DNA from: Macrostomum lignano
Taxonomy: Eukaryota
Direction of reading: 5' to 3'
Length of the DNA: 64,000 nucleotides
Assembly: GCA_002269645.1 (NCBI GenBank)
Contig: NIVC01002857.1
Coordinates: 1-64,000, forward strand
In this document: piece after piece, positions 1-45,128 of the stretch
Numbering within the stretch: position 1 is the stretch's first letter
Layout of the letters: every line of letters starts with the position of its first letter
The notes under the pieces: generated by a model
Seen by the model: the letters and a program-made list of their open reading frames with translations, nothing else
The model's database searches: none
What the model was told of the DNA's origin: nothing
Position numbers and translations under genes: made by a program

Positions 1-485
1 TTTTTTGCATATTTCATGATCGTGGTGGTAAATAGACTTAGAAAACTGTACAATACTTGTTATCTTCTCTAATTTAGAGAATCAAACTTATTTATATAGA
101 AGAGGCCAATTCTTTACGCTAAGAATGTACAGCATAGCATCAGTTGTAACATCGCACACTTAACAAAGTTGCCTTGAGTTTTTTTGTTTTGTTTTACCCT
201 ACAAAAAGGATGATTAAAATACATGCACTCAATACAAATTGAATTCACAGTGGTGAGAACTGTTTTGGACAAAATACATTCAACTTATCGTTGAATGGCA
301 AGTTTTGCTTGTTGGACTGCCTCTTATCTATGGTAAAAACTTAATTATGAGCATATCTTGCGAACCCAATCAGTTAGGATTTCATGGGAGGTCATTTTAG
401 AATCAGGGGTACAAATTCTATCCATGAGCAAAAAAACCGATTATGGGCAATTTTTTTGCATTTAACTTGAATTCCTCCTACCTGT

Positions 486-1346
486 GGCCCAAGCTATCGC
501 AAGAATACGCCAAGCAGATTTAGCAAGTGCAACGCGATGAAAATCATCTATGCAGTGAACAAAAATCACCATGAATCTCGACATGACGCCTGCACCAAGC
601 AGATCCGCAAGGTGTTTAGCAGCCAGGGCTTGAATGACATCCTAAACTGCCTGGTTGCACCTGAGCAGATGAAAGCTGGCTGACATCCAACTGGATGAAA
701 GCTGGCTCCACCTGGATGGCAAGGGCAGCAAGGCAGATAATCGCTGCTGGTTGGGAGCTGGGGACTTCAGGCCGATGGTGACTAGGAAGTCCATCTCGGA
801 CAAGAAGACCATGCTGCTGGTAGCCTTCACGCCAAACAAACGAGTCTCCATCTGCACAACTCCACCGAACATCAAGGTCGATGGCCAGTATTTTATCGAC
901 TTTTTCCGGCACACTGGGGACCTCTGGTGCACTCTCCGGTCAAATCTATGTCACCTGGACGAGGTTCTGTGGCAGCTGGACACCGCACGGCTGCACACCT
1001 GAAGGCTGTTTCGAATTTTCTGCCTGCACGGCAAGTGAATCTGCTCTGACAGTCCCTACAGCCCAGACTTCAACTTTTGCAAGAGATTCCTGTTCAAATG
1101 GCTGAAGGCTGACTTTTCCAAGAAGAGTTTCGCAAACCATGAAGAAGTAAAACAGGCTGCGTTGCACTGGTTATGGCAGTTGGAGGAAAAACACCTGCAG
1201 GCTGAGGTGGACAAGCTGTATGAGCACTGCCAGAGGGTGATTGATATTGGGGGACTCTATGTTGTTGAGTGGTACAGTTTTGTTCATCTGCGATTGCAAG
1301 TTCGTCTGTTTTCACATCAGTGACATTACTTATGACACACCCGAAG
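486..1346 (+). mobile_element. Mariner (Tc1/mariner) remnant, 5'-truncated at the duplication breakpoint
   Basis: Transposase motifs (D)ESW, WQLDTARLH (HDNARPH-like) and SPYSPDF (YSPDL-like). One TIR, CAGTGACATTACTTATGACACACCCGAAG, at 1318-1346 followed by TA. Confidence 0.9.
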
Positions 1347-1735
1347 TACAGTTGCTGGTAAAAGAGACACAGAGGTTTTTTGCATGCACGGTTTCAACTG
1401 CCAATTATTGAGGGTTTGTTTTGAGAATCTCTATGAAATCTGGTAAGCATAAGCACTATTGTAGTGTGTACGGTGTGCCTTAATTCTTGAGCTTGAACTT
1501 GTAATAACTGTCATTACCGAAAGGTAAACATGTTATAATTATGAATCGGACATTAAATATGACAAATTAATAAGCACTTTTAAATGAGGAGACGTTTGCT
1601 AGAGTGGACGTTGGCGGAAATCTCTCGATGAATGCTGTGTATGACTATAACGTTCATTAACTAGTTACTGAGGCATCAAACCGTGCAGTGTTTGCTGATG
1701 TATTCGATGAGTTTTGCATATTGATTGAATTCAGC

Positions 1736-22371
<20,636 letters not shown>

Positions 22372-22982
22372 AAATGCCAGTTCAGTTAGGTCGCTAGTTT
22401 GACAATAATTCTCAACTTTGTTGGCGCGCCACTTTCGCTTAGTGCGTTGGTCTTATTTATCCGCTGCGAACTGCGAACTGCATCGAACCGCAAAGGAAAG
22501 TAAAGAGGACGTGTTGCCGCGAATGGAGTGAGGCCGAGGGAAACGATGAAGGTTGGCTTAGCGGGGGGGGGTTCCGAAGCGAATATGGCGCTCTACCCTC
22601 TCCCCTCTGACCCTCTACCCCTCCGTCGCCCCTGTCTGCGCCACCCATCAGCCCCAGCTTCCCAATGCAAGCCACTCTGCATCAGCAATCTACTATACTT
22701 TGCTTTCCAATTTATAGAAAAGTTTTCCATCGCCGAAAAAGCATTTTCATTCTTCTTAGTAGATCCATCCTCCTCTATTTACCCCCATTTTCGGCCACTG
22801 TCTCTCGCTATGTCTGCTTTGCTTCCATCTCTGCTGCTGCTGAACTACCGGAACACAGTCTATTGAAGTGACCCAGCCAATTGTGGGCTGAATTCCAGCG
22901 GTTCCTGCTTTTAGTGCACCATTCGCAAAAATGCTTCCCACATGCCAAGCTAGGTAGTTAGGTACCGGGTAGATAGAATAGA

Positions 22983-23796
<814 letters not shown>

Positions 23797-25026
23797 ATAT
23801 TTCTACTTTATGAGTCCTGAATGCGTCATTGTGTCATTTAATGACTGCGCTTTGAATGACCTCTTGTGACAAGTTGTTCTAAAATTAGACTGTATCTGAT
23901 AGTTGTGAGCTTCACATACGAGCCGTATCTTCAAGTTGTTTTGCTTTTTAAATAGAAATCTCATAGCATCATCTGCGCAATTGCACATGTTGCACTTATT
24001 CTCCAATGGATTCTCCAATGAATCTTGTGTTTTACCGGGAGTGAGTGGGGATTAGCTGTCCCCGATTGACCCCCCTGGGTCAGCCACTGAGTAAAGTGCT
24101 CTCTCCCTCCAAATTTTCCGAACTAAAGTTTCAAAAATGCATTTCAGGTAAAAAAAAGTTTTCTATCTTAAACGCCGCACATTGCAGAGGAAAATTTATG
24201 GCCACAATATTTTGACACTTTGTCCAACAAAACTGTTCTTATTGCTACACTTTTGCTATAAGACACAAACACGTGTGAAACTCTGACCTACATGTATATA
24301 CCCTCGCCCTACGCTCGATGTCGAAGGTAAGGGTTTAGGGTCGCAGCAGTCGGTATTGCTGCCACATCTGGCCACAAACAGCGGTATAGGAGGTCACAGC
24401 GAAACTCCGTCATCGCTCTACTTTGCCGGGCCAGAATCCAGCTGCCTGCCAACCCGCGCTTTGCCATAGCAACAGATGCATAGATAGAGCCAGCGAGGGA
24501 GACAGATAGACTTGAACCCTGTGCAGCAAGTCTGCGCATTCCCAATGCGAACAAATTGCAGACAGCTGCTGCAATGCATTGTGCACTCGAGCTTCCCGGA
24601 TGAATGACCATCTTATTGTACGTTGATAATCGCGTTAATTCGTTCTACAGGATTATAGCACTAATAGAAAATTACGTCCATACCCCATTTTTCAATTGCA
24701 AAACACGTAATAAGGTACCCGTCAGAAATTTTATTACGCACATACTATATTTTTCTATTAAAAATCAAGTAGTAAGGAACCGAACCAAATGGTAGAGTAT
24801 TCTACAGGAATTTCAACTACACTGCACGGTACCCACAAATAATTCAAAAGAAGAAAAGATCCCAAGTCCGATTAACCGACCAACTTGTCCAAAAACGCAT
24901 TTTCAGTATATTTCTAAACGATGCGAATCAAAATAATTCCCCGACTCTTCGTCCACGCCCCCCCCTCCCTAAATTTAAGGATCTCGGCGACGCCCGCGGC
25001 GGAGCGCGCATGTATACCATCTTAAA

Positions 25027-25480
25027 CTATTCGCAGTCTCGTCCACCCGGAATCTGCCACACTCTCAATGGACACGGAGCCATCGGACTCCAAGTGACGG
25101 CAGTAGCCAGCACCGTCCAAAGAAGGGCAGCGGCGGTCGATGGTAGTCTCCACGCCGTCGCTCGTACCCCCGTCCCGTGTCGTCCGAGTAGATTAATTCC
25201 CTCCGCCGGCACACTCGTCCTGATTTCATCAATCCGGGCGTTCGTCATCAGCCGCCGCGGCGTATAAGCAGTCGCCACGCACACGGCCCTGGCCACGGTG
25301 TCAAGCACCTGCGTCAGTGGAAGCCCGGCCTGCTGTCCTTCCAGGCGCATGCGCTGGATCTGCGCGCGAAGTGCAGCAACCGAGGGGTTCTGGCACCACT
25401 CATACCGTACTTACCGCGCCAACGTGGTGAAAATTGCCCGGCGGGAGGAGCAGGGTGCAGCTCACTCGGGGTCGGCTCAT
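25027..25480 (-). CDS. Candidate two-exon ORF of unknown function (~132 aa)
   Basis: ATG at 25480, exon 25480-25415, 55-nt intron (GTAAGT...CGCAG), exon 25359-25027, phase 0. GC-rich. No family recognised; it could be a fragment of a longer or decayed gene. Confidence 0.35.
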
Positions 25481-25666
25481 GACGCTCGTTTGATTCGGCC
25501 ATTGCAAAGATGTAGGTCCAATCTCACCGTAAAAATGTAGGTCTAATCTCACTATCTGTGGGCAACTCTGACTCTGAGCCGACCATCCGCTCGATTATAT
25601 GTCCAGTGTGGACTCAATGTGGACCCGGGGCGGGGGGCGCGGCTCGAGGATGAAGTGGGGGAAAGT

Positions 25667-25849
25667 CCAGCTGCCGCCCCTCCCCGCCCTCATGCGCCAA
25701 GAAACCGAAGCCTGCAGCAACGACAGCTGGCCCTCCGCGCCCCTCCCCACCCTCATGCGCCAAGAAACCGAAGCCTGCAGCAACGACCAGCTGGCCCCCG
25801 CGCCCTCCCCACCTCATGCGCTCAAGAAACCGAAGCCTGCAGCAACGAC
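25667..25849. repeat. ~63-bp GC-rich tandem repeat running into the gap
   Basis: Three copies of CCTCATGCGC(T)CAAGAAACCGAAGCCTGCAGCAACGAC. Confidence 0.9.
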
Positions 25850-26590
25850 NNNNNNNNNNNNNNNNNNNNNNNNNNNNNNNNNNNNNNNNNNNNNNNNNNN
25901 NNNNNNNNNNNNNNNNNNNNNNNNNNNNNNNNNNNNNNNNNNNNNNNNNNNNNNNNNNNNNNNNNNNNNNNNNNNNNNNNNNNNNNNNNNNNNNNNNNNN
26001 NNNNNNNNNNNNNNNNNNNNNNNNNNNNNNNNNNNNNNNNNNNNNNNNNNNNNNNNNNNNNNNNNNNNNNNNNNNNNNNNNNNNNNNNNNNNNNNNNNNN
26101 NNNNNNNNNNNNNNNNNNNNNNNNNNNNNNNNNNNNNNNNNNNNNNNNNNNNNNNNNNNNNNNNNNNNNNNNNNNNNNNNNNNNNNNNNNNNNNNNNNNN
26201 NNNNNNNNNNNNNNNNNNNNNNNNNNNNNNNNNNNNNNNNNNNNNNNNNNNNNNNNNNNNNNNNNNNNNNNNNNNNNNNNNNNNNNNNNNNNNNNNNNNN
26301 NNNNNNNNNNNNNNNNNNNNNNNNNNNNNNNNNNNNNNNNNNNNNNNNNNNNNNNNNNNNNNNNNNNNNNNNNNNNNNNNNNNNNNNNNNNNNNNNNNNN
26401 NNNNNNNNNNNNNNNNNNNNNNNNNNNNNNNNNNNNNNNNNNNNNNNNNNNNNNNNNNNNNNNNNNNNNNNNNNNNNNNNNNNNNNNNNNNNNNNNNNNN
26501 NNNNNNNNNNNNNNNNNNNNNNNNNNNNNNNNNNNNNNNNNNNNNNNNNNNNNNNNNNNNNNNNNNNNNNNNNNNNNNNNNNNNNNNNNT
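25850..26590. other. Assembly gap (741 N); both flanking contig ends lie in tandem repeats
   Basis: Run of N. The left flank is a ~63-bp GC-rich repeat and the right flank is the 40-bp satellite. Confidence 1.
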
Positions 26591-28361
26591 TTTGAGACTC
26601 TGACATCCTCTTAGGGACTCTGAACCCTTTTAGACTCTGACATCCTCTTAGGAGACCTGACACCCTTTTTGGAGACTCTGACATCCTCTTAGAGACTCTG
26701 ACATCAGAGACTCTGACCCTTTTGGAGATTCTGACATCTTCTTAGGGATACTGACACCGTCTTAATGATCCTGATACCTTTTAAGAAGGCTCAATACATA
26801 TTTTAGGATGGATACACGCATTACGCCAGAGGCAAAAAGCTACGAGGCATGATTTTTTAATACATATAGATAGATTTTCGCCTATTATTTCTACAGAGCT
26901 TCGATTCGTCACGTTTGTACTTTACTGTAAGTTTTCTATTGGCATTAACAGCTAACAGTAACCGCGGTCGCCATGTCTCCTTGCTTTCCAGCGCAGTAAA
27001 ATGTCACCAATTTGCCGATGCGCAGACTGCGTGGCCCCCTGCCTGAAGGTCTAGACTAGTCTGGCTCGTGTGCAAATGCAGCAGCACATCGAGGGCTTAG
27101 TAAGGATGGGATGAATTCAGGAGATGCGCCCCTCTGCATGTGTAGGGGCGCATTGTAAGACATTTTCTTGACCGTTAATCCACGATTCCGAATCGGCAAT
27201 CAAAATCCTCTTTCGGGAAACCGAAGTTTTCTCCCTGGCAATAAACAAAATATTCGTGCATTATATACGGCTGCATTTGGGGTGGTTGGTAACCGTGGAA
27301 AGCGGTAGGAATTCGTCTGTATGTTCCTATGTTATCATCAGGGCTGCACTTTCGATGCGTATTATTAGTCTCGTAGCGCAACTCGTTCGTTGAAACGGTG
27401 CAGACAGGTACAAACAGGTTTGCTAAAAAACAAGGTTCAGTAATTAACTATTTAATACATGTAGTTGCAGGAGGGCTTGTTGTCACCCTGGGGCCATCGT
27501 AGTCTTTTTTCTTAGAGCGTTCCGTGGTCAAGCAAAGTTCTGAAGTACATGTAGTAAACAAGATCAAGCCAGCGAGCATAATTCTGTATTGTTAAAAAGT
27601 AACCATTTTTTTCAGGATAAAAGCATTTCTTCAAAGTGAGCAACCGAAATCTAGATTTTTACATTACTGAAATCAGTAGTATTTGTAATTTTATTCGCAG
27701 ATTTAACAAAACAAATTGTTGCACAAATCTGGTTCGAAAGGAAAATGAGGTAACATATTTTCCATTGTAACTTGGCGCTAATTAAAAAAATATACCCAGG
27801 GTGTACTTTTGCATTCACAAAAAGACCCCAAATTCAGTTTGACAGAAACAGGTATCAAAAGGTATTAAAATATAGCCTTTTAATTTACCGTATAACCACT
27901 GAATTTCGATGCTAAAAAACTATTGAATAAAATGGAACAGTATTATGAAGGCTTGCACGAGGGCTCGAAAATGTTAGAAAAAACTATAAGGTGTTTACGG
28001 TGAGCTTAGTCTCTTAAATTATTGCTTAGGGCAGGGGTCGGCAGACTTTTACATGGGGCCCAGATAATGAGAGAGAGAGATGAGAGAAGAGAGCTGAGAA
28101 GAGACGAACTTAAGCGGACCGGATTGCTATTGTGAAGTGTCGAAGGACTCCAGGGCCGGATAAAGAGGCTTCGCGGCCCGAAGTTTGCCAACTCCTACTA
28201 CTCATAAAGAACCAAGGAGGTTTAGGGGGTTTCAGCAGTTTTGGCAAAATTTTACATAAAACTTTCCCGACCAATCTGTATCGACAAAAACTAAAAATTG
28301 ACGTCATTGATTGAACGCATATAGAGAGTCATCTAGGCATGAAAGGCTTGTTGAAACTAAA

Positions 28362-30346
28362 TTAAACCCTTAGACCGTCTGGACTCCAAGACGAAGAGGA
28401 ATGGCGACCGTTTAGCAACGAGCCGGCAACGTAGCAGCGCGCCAGGTAGATCAGCCACCAAAGCAGCTGGATGACTGGCAGGCCAACGAACAGAAGCAGA
28501 CACATCATGCCGATGGTTAAGCCAACGTGGTTCCAATCCAGCAGAACCGGGTAGATGACATTGCTGTGATCCGGCAGCCAGTACAGCAGGCTAAATGCAC
28601 TGTAGATCAGGCCGTATAATGCCGTGTAGATCACGTGCACCAGTCTGACTGGCACTCCGGAGAATAGAACTTCGGTGAGCATGAAAACTGAATTAAATGC
28701 GTGCACTAGAACGTCGATAGGATTGATAGGTGCGGATTAGCCTTCTGGATCATTGGGTAGAGCACGCCAAAGTATGCTCCGGTGACAAGCAGGGCAGCAT
28801 TGGCGGCGATGCCGCACAGGAGCCACTGCAGCCGGAGTCCGACCTGACGCGGACTCGAGTCGCCAGCCAAGGCTGAGTCCGGATCGCCTCGACTGCCCAT
28901 CAGATTGTCCGTCGACTTGAATCCGCTGGCTGACAAGCTGTAGCGCTGAACAGATAAAGTGGCACCGAGACTCGCCGATGTCTGACCACCGGAGCACAGC
29001 CAGAGTGTGACAGTGTTCACAATGGCAACTATAAAGTAAATTGTAATCACTAGGTAGCTCCAGATGGTCAAATAGCACAGAAAGAAATGGCGTTTAAACA
29101 CGGTCGGCGGCTTTGTCGTTGTATCGTTGCCGCTGTCTAAAAATGTTATGTCCGAGGCGCCGCTGTTGGAATCCGTAGAGTTGTCAGGCACAAAGTTGAC
29201 GAATGGCTGCGAGAATGTGATGTAGAGGAACACCGACACGCAGATGCCGCCCATGATGAAGCGCAGGACGAGCATGAGCCATGCTGGCAGGCACTGAACA
29301 TTTAGAATTGGGTTTGAGCAAATCGGTTCAATACATGATTCAAGGTCTCACATGGATTTGTCAAAAATACTCAAATATCTTTGTTGTTTTCTATAAAATA
29401 TAACTACAGGGTCTTCCAGTAGTTTACCAGAATCCAGCTCTCTGTATACTACAGGGTCTTCCAGTAGTTTACCAGAATCCAGATCTCTGTATACTACAGT
29501 GTCTTCCAGCACTTTACCAGAATCCAGCTCTCTGTATACTACAGTGTCTTCCAGTAGTTTACCAGAATCCATCTCTCTGTATACTACAGGGTCTTCCAGT
29601 AGTTTACCAGAATCCAGCTCTCTGTATACTACAGTGTCTTCCAGTAGTTTACCAGAATCCAGCTCTCTGTATACTACAGTGTCTTCCAGTAGTTTACCAG
29701 AATCCAGCTCTCTGTATACTACAGTGTCTTCCAGCAGTTTACCAGAATCCAGCTCTCTGTATACTACAGTGTCTTCCAGCAGTTTACCAGAATCCAGCTC
29801 TCTGTATACTACAGTGTCTTCCAGCAGTTTACCAGAATCCAGCTCTCTGTATACTACAGTGTCTTCCAGCAGTTTACCAGAATCCAGCTCTCTGTATACT
29901 ACAGTGTCTTCCAGCAGTTTACCAGAATCCAGGTCTCTGTATACTACAGTGTCTTCCAGCACTTTACCAGAATCCAGATCTCTGTATACTACAGTGTCTT
30001 CCAGCAGTTTACCAGAATCCAGCTCTCTGTATACTACAGGGTCTTCCAGCAGTTTACCAGAATCCAGATCTCTGTATACTATAGGGTCAACAGAACTGAA
30101 AGTCAAAACGCACCTGAGAATACACAAAATATTCGTAATAATCGTAGCTCAAGCTTAAATTCTTTCTCGGCGTCTTCTCGCACCTGGCTGCGGATTTCAA
30201 GTAACCGAATCCAGTCTCATCTTCGTTAGCAGGCATTCGACCATTGCGGTTGAAGCAGTTTCTGCACCTTCTGGCTGATTCGCGGCAGTGTAACCGCTGG
30301 CTACTAATGGACTTTGCTGCTCGTTTTGCAACTCTTGATCGGCCAT
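28362..30346 (-). pseudogene. rost: Mirror copy of the rolling stone-like gene with two -1 frameshifts (pseudogene or sequencing error)
   Basis: Exon 1 (30346-30114) is 233 nt vs 234 on the left: GGG>GG at 30241-30242. Exon 2 (29293-28362) has CCC>CC at 28734-28735, which splits the ORF into the 189 and 114 aa pieces. Both deletions are in homopolymers. Confidence 0.7.
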
Positions 30347-32376
30347 TTTCCGGCTTATATATCCTATACCTATAGCTTATCTACGTATGCCACGCACCGC
30401 TAGAGGCTGCTTGGTAATCTATTTCTCTTTCCCTCGCTCACCAAGACTTATCGCAATCTGAAACGAGTGGACGAACTCAAACCAAAAAAAAACACAGCGG
30501 TTGACGCACACGAATATTAAAAAATAGTTTAATTATCGCCAGGGGGTACAAACTGCAAAAGTCGTTACGGCGCAGTTGCGGTACAACTGACCATGCGCAG
30601 GCTGCTGATTTATTGAATTTAAACACTCGAGAGAAAAGATTTGTTTAAAAAATATCAACCAATTCTCGTTGCTGCACAAGAAAGCAAGGTTCAGTTGGAA
30701 AGCATAGGAGTAATAAGGCTTAATACTGTCTATTTCTTTCTACCTACCTACGTTCGTACATGTACTAGTGACGTCTTTTCTGCCCCTCTCTGTGTAGCCT
30801 GTCTCAGGGGGTAAGGGACACAGGCGTTCGCAAGACACAGCGTATACTGCACGTGATGTAGCTGCGTTGAGCTAAAAATAGAAGGCTTTAAAAGTCCAAA
30901 TGTACGATTTGTACAGCAAGCTATAGGAAACTTTTCAACTGTCGATTCAAGCAGTGGCGCCATTTCAAAAAGTAACAGAGTAGAGCAAAGCCCTTCATTT
31001 TCTATGCCTCTCACTAATACTGGTGTCTAATTGCTCCCTAGCTGCGAACTTTGCGCTTCGGTGTGATTTCTACCGCCAATTTCACCGCGCTTTTTTAAAA
31101 GCGATTACTTTATAGACGTTAATAACGCATTTAAAGCACTCAAAAACACACTGGTTACATTTTTACAAACACTGATTACAGATTTACAAACACTGATTAC
31201 AGCTTTGCAAACACTGATTGCGGCTTTACGAACACTGATTACAGTTTTACAAACACTGATTATAGCTTTACAAACACTGTTTACAGTTTCATTAAGACTG
31301 ATTACAGCTTTACAAACACTGATTACAGCCTCATTAAGACTGATTACAGCTTTACAAACACTAATTACAGCTTCACAAACACTGATTACAGTTTCACAAA
31401 CACTGATTACAGTTTTATAAACACTGATTACAGTTTTACAAACACTGATTACAGTTTTACAAACACTGATTACAGCTTTACAAACACTGATTACAGCTTT
31501 ACAAACACTGATTACAGCTTTACAAACACTGATTACAGCTTTACAAAGACTGATTACAGCTTCGATAACACTGATTGCAGCTTTACAAACACTGATTACA
31601 GTTTTACAAGCACTGATTACAGTTTTACAAACACTGATTACAGCTTTACAAACACTGATTACAGCTTTGCAAACACTGATTACAGCTTTACAAGCACTGA
31701 TTACAGTTTTACAAACACTGATTGCAGCTTCACAAACACTGATTACAGTTTTAGAAGCACTGATTACAGTTTTACAAACACTGATTACAGCTTTACAAAC
31801 ACTGATTACAGTTTTACAAACACTGATTGCAGCTTTACAAACACTGATTACAGTTTTAGAAGCACTGATTACAGTTTTACAAACACTGATTACAGCTTTA
31901 CAAACACTGATTAAAGCTTTACAAACACTAATTACAGCTTCACAAGCAGTGATTACAGCTTTACAAACACTGATTACAGCTTTGCAAACACTTGATTACA
32001 GCTTTACAAACACTGATTACAGTTTTACAAGCATCGACTACAGTTTTACAAAAACTGACTACAGTTTCACAAAGACTGATTACAGCTTCGATAACGCTGA
32101 TTACAGCTTTATAAACACTGTTTACGGCTTCAAAAACACTGTTTACGGCCTCATAAGAATGAGATTTACAAACAAAAATTTTCAAAACATGCCAAAAATT
32201 TGGCTAAATTTAAAACATTGCATCGTTACAGAGAAATTCATGTGCAATAAATCTGTGATATGTGAAAACGTAGATAGAAGTGAAGAAGCAGTTCACGCGC
32301 TACTACTGGCAGTAGCAATATCAGACATTTCACTAACGGAATAATAACTAGTGCTAAATTACCGGTACACTCCAAG

Positions 32377-42584
<10,208 letters not shown>

Positions 42585-42973
42585 GCTGAATTCAATCAAT
42601 ATGCAAAACTCATCGAATACATCAGCAAACACTGCACGGTTTGATGCCTCAGTAACTAGTTAATGAACGTTATAGTCATACACAGCATTCATCGAGAGAT
42701 TTCCGCCAACGTCCACTCTAGCAAACGTCTCCTCATTTAAAAGTGCTAATTAATTTGTCATATTTAATGTCCGATTCATAATTATAACATGTTTACCTTT
42801 CGGTAATGACAGTTATTACAAGTTCAAGCTCAAGAATTAAGGCACACCGTACACACTACAATAGTGCTTATGCTTACCAGATTTCATAGAGATTCTCAAA
42901 ACAAACCCTCAATAATTGGCAGTTGAAACCGTGCATGCAAAAAACCTCTGTGTCTCTTTTACCAGCAACTGTA

Positions 42974-43946
42974 CTTCGGGTGTGTCATAAGTAATGTCAC
43001 TGATGTGAAAACAGACGAACTTGCAATCGCAGATGAACAAAACTGTACCACTCAACAACATAGAGTCCCCCAATATCAATCACCCTCTGGCAGTGCTCAT
43101 ACAGCTTGTCCACCTCAGCCTGCAGGTGTTTTTCCTCCAACTGCCATAACCAGTGCAACGCAGCCTGTTTTACTTCTTCATGGTTTGCGAAACTCTTCTT
43201 GGAAAAGTCAGCCTTCAGCCATTTGAACAGGAATCTCTTGCAAAAGTTGAAGTCTGGGCTGTAGGGACTGTCAGAGCAGATTCACTTGCCGTGCAGGCAG
43301 AAAATTCGAAACAGCCTTCAGGTGTGCAGCCGTGCGGTGTCCAGCTGCCACAGAACCTCGTCCAGGTGACATAGATTTGACCGGAGAGTGCACCAGAGGT
43401 CCCCAGTGTGCCGGAAAAAGTCGATAAAATACTGGCCATCGACCTTGATGTTCGGTGGAGTTGTGCAGATGGAGACTCGTTTGTTTGGCGTGAAGGCTAC
43501 CAGCAGCATGGTCTTCTTGTCCGAGATGGACTTCCTAGTCACCATCGGCCTGAAGTCCCCAGCTCCCAACCAGCAGCGATTATCTGCCTTGCTGCCCTTG
43601 CCATCCAGGTGGAGCCAGCTTTCATCCTCAGCAACCAGGCAGTTTAGGATGTCATTCAAGCCCTGGCTGCTAAACACCTTGCGGATCTGCTTGGTGCAGG
43701 CGTCATGTCGAGATTCATGGTGATTTTTGTTCACTGCATAGATGATTTTTCATCGCGTTGCACTTGCTAAATCTGCTTGGCGTATTCTTGCGATAGCTTG
43801 GGCCGGCCATAAACAACCTATGCACGTCTCAAATGCACTGCTATTGCTTCACTAAGTATACTTTGCAGCTACACTACCCACAAGTCCATGTGCCTACATA
43901 TTTTAGACAGAGGCCTGCAGTGACATTACTTATGACACACCCGAAG
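42974..43946 (-). mobile_element. Mariner element with both 29-bp TIRs and TA target duplications, 973 bp, internally deleted/defective
   Basis: TA(42972-73)+CTTCGGGTGTGTCATAAGTAATGTCACTG ... CAGTGACATTACTTATGACACACCCGAAG+TA(43947-48). ORF 43318-43734 contains LVAEDESW and WQLDTARLH followed by a premature stop. Confidence 0.93.
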
Positions 43947-44109
43947 TATTTCAGTTTAATATTTTATTCTACAATAAAAAACTACCCTTAGCCCTATTCC
44001 TGTACGAACCCACTGCAGATCGCGCTTTTTACTCACTGGCCTAAAATCAAACAAATACAAAAATACTGCATACTCCTTTTATTTAACTTTAATTTGTTAA
44101 AGGTTTAGT

Positions 44110-45128
44110 GAGAGGTTTGATTGGAGATGCTTACTTAGCCATGGCTCTGTGAGAGGTTTGATTGGAGATGCTTGCTTAGCCATGGCTGAGGTAGGATTGG
44201 AGATGCTTGCTTAGCCATGGCTCTGTGAGAGGTTTGATTGGAGATGCTTACTTAGCCATGGCTCTGAGAGAGGTTTGATTGGAGATGCTTACTTAGCCAT
44301 GGCTCTGTGAGAGGTTTGATTGGAGATGCTTGCTTAGCCATGGCTGAGGTAGGATTGGAGATGCTTGCTTAGCCATGGCTCTGTGAGAGGTTTGATTGGA
44401 GATGCTTACTTAGCCATGGCTCTGAGAGAGGTTTGATTGGAGATGCTTACTTAGCCATGGCTCTGAGAGAGGTTTGATTGGAGATGCTTGCTTAGCCATG
44501 GCTCTGTGAGAGGTTTGATTGGAGATGCTTGCTTAGCCATGGCTCTGTGAGAGGTTTGATTGGAGATGCTTGCTTAGCCATGGCTCTGTGAGAGGTTTGA
44601 TTGGAGATGCTTGCTTAGCCATGGCTCTGTGAGAGGTTTGATTGGAGATGCTTGCTTACCCATGGCTCTGTGAGAGGTTTGATTGGAGATGCTTGCTTAG
44701 CCATGGCTCTGTGAGAGGTTTGATTGGAGATGCTTGCTTAGCCATGGCTCTGTGAGAGGTTTGATTGGAGATGCTTACTTAGCCATGGCTCTGAGAGAGG
44801 TTTGATTGGAGATGCTTACTTAGCCATGGCTCTGAGAGAGGTTTGATTGGAGATGCTTACTTAGCCATGGTTCTGTGAGAGGTTTGATTGGAGATGCTTG
44901 CTTAGCCATGGCTCTGATAGAGGTTTGATTGGAGATGCTTACTTAGCCATGGCTCTGATAGAGGTTTGATTGGAGATGCTTACTTAGCCATGGCTCTGAT
45001 AGAGGTTTGATTGGAGATGCTTACTTAGCCATGGCTCTGATAGAGGTTTGATTTGAGATGCTTGCTTAGCCATGGCCGAGGTAGGATTGGAGATGCTTGC
45101 TTAGCCATGGCTGAGGTATGATTGGAGA
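44110..45128. repeat. 41-bp minisatellite GAGAGGTTTGATTGGAGATGCTT(A/G)CTTAGCCATGGCTCTGT
   Basis: Direct inspection; occasional shorter CTGAGGTAGGATTGG variants. Confidence 0.96.

Noticed and set aside
25599-26684. ORFs spanning the N run
   Set aside because: Artefacts of translating gap characters.
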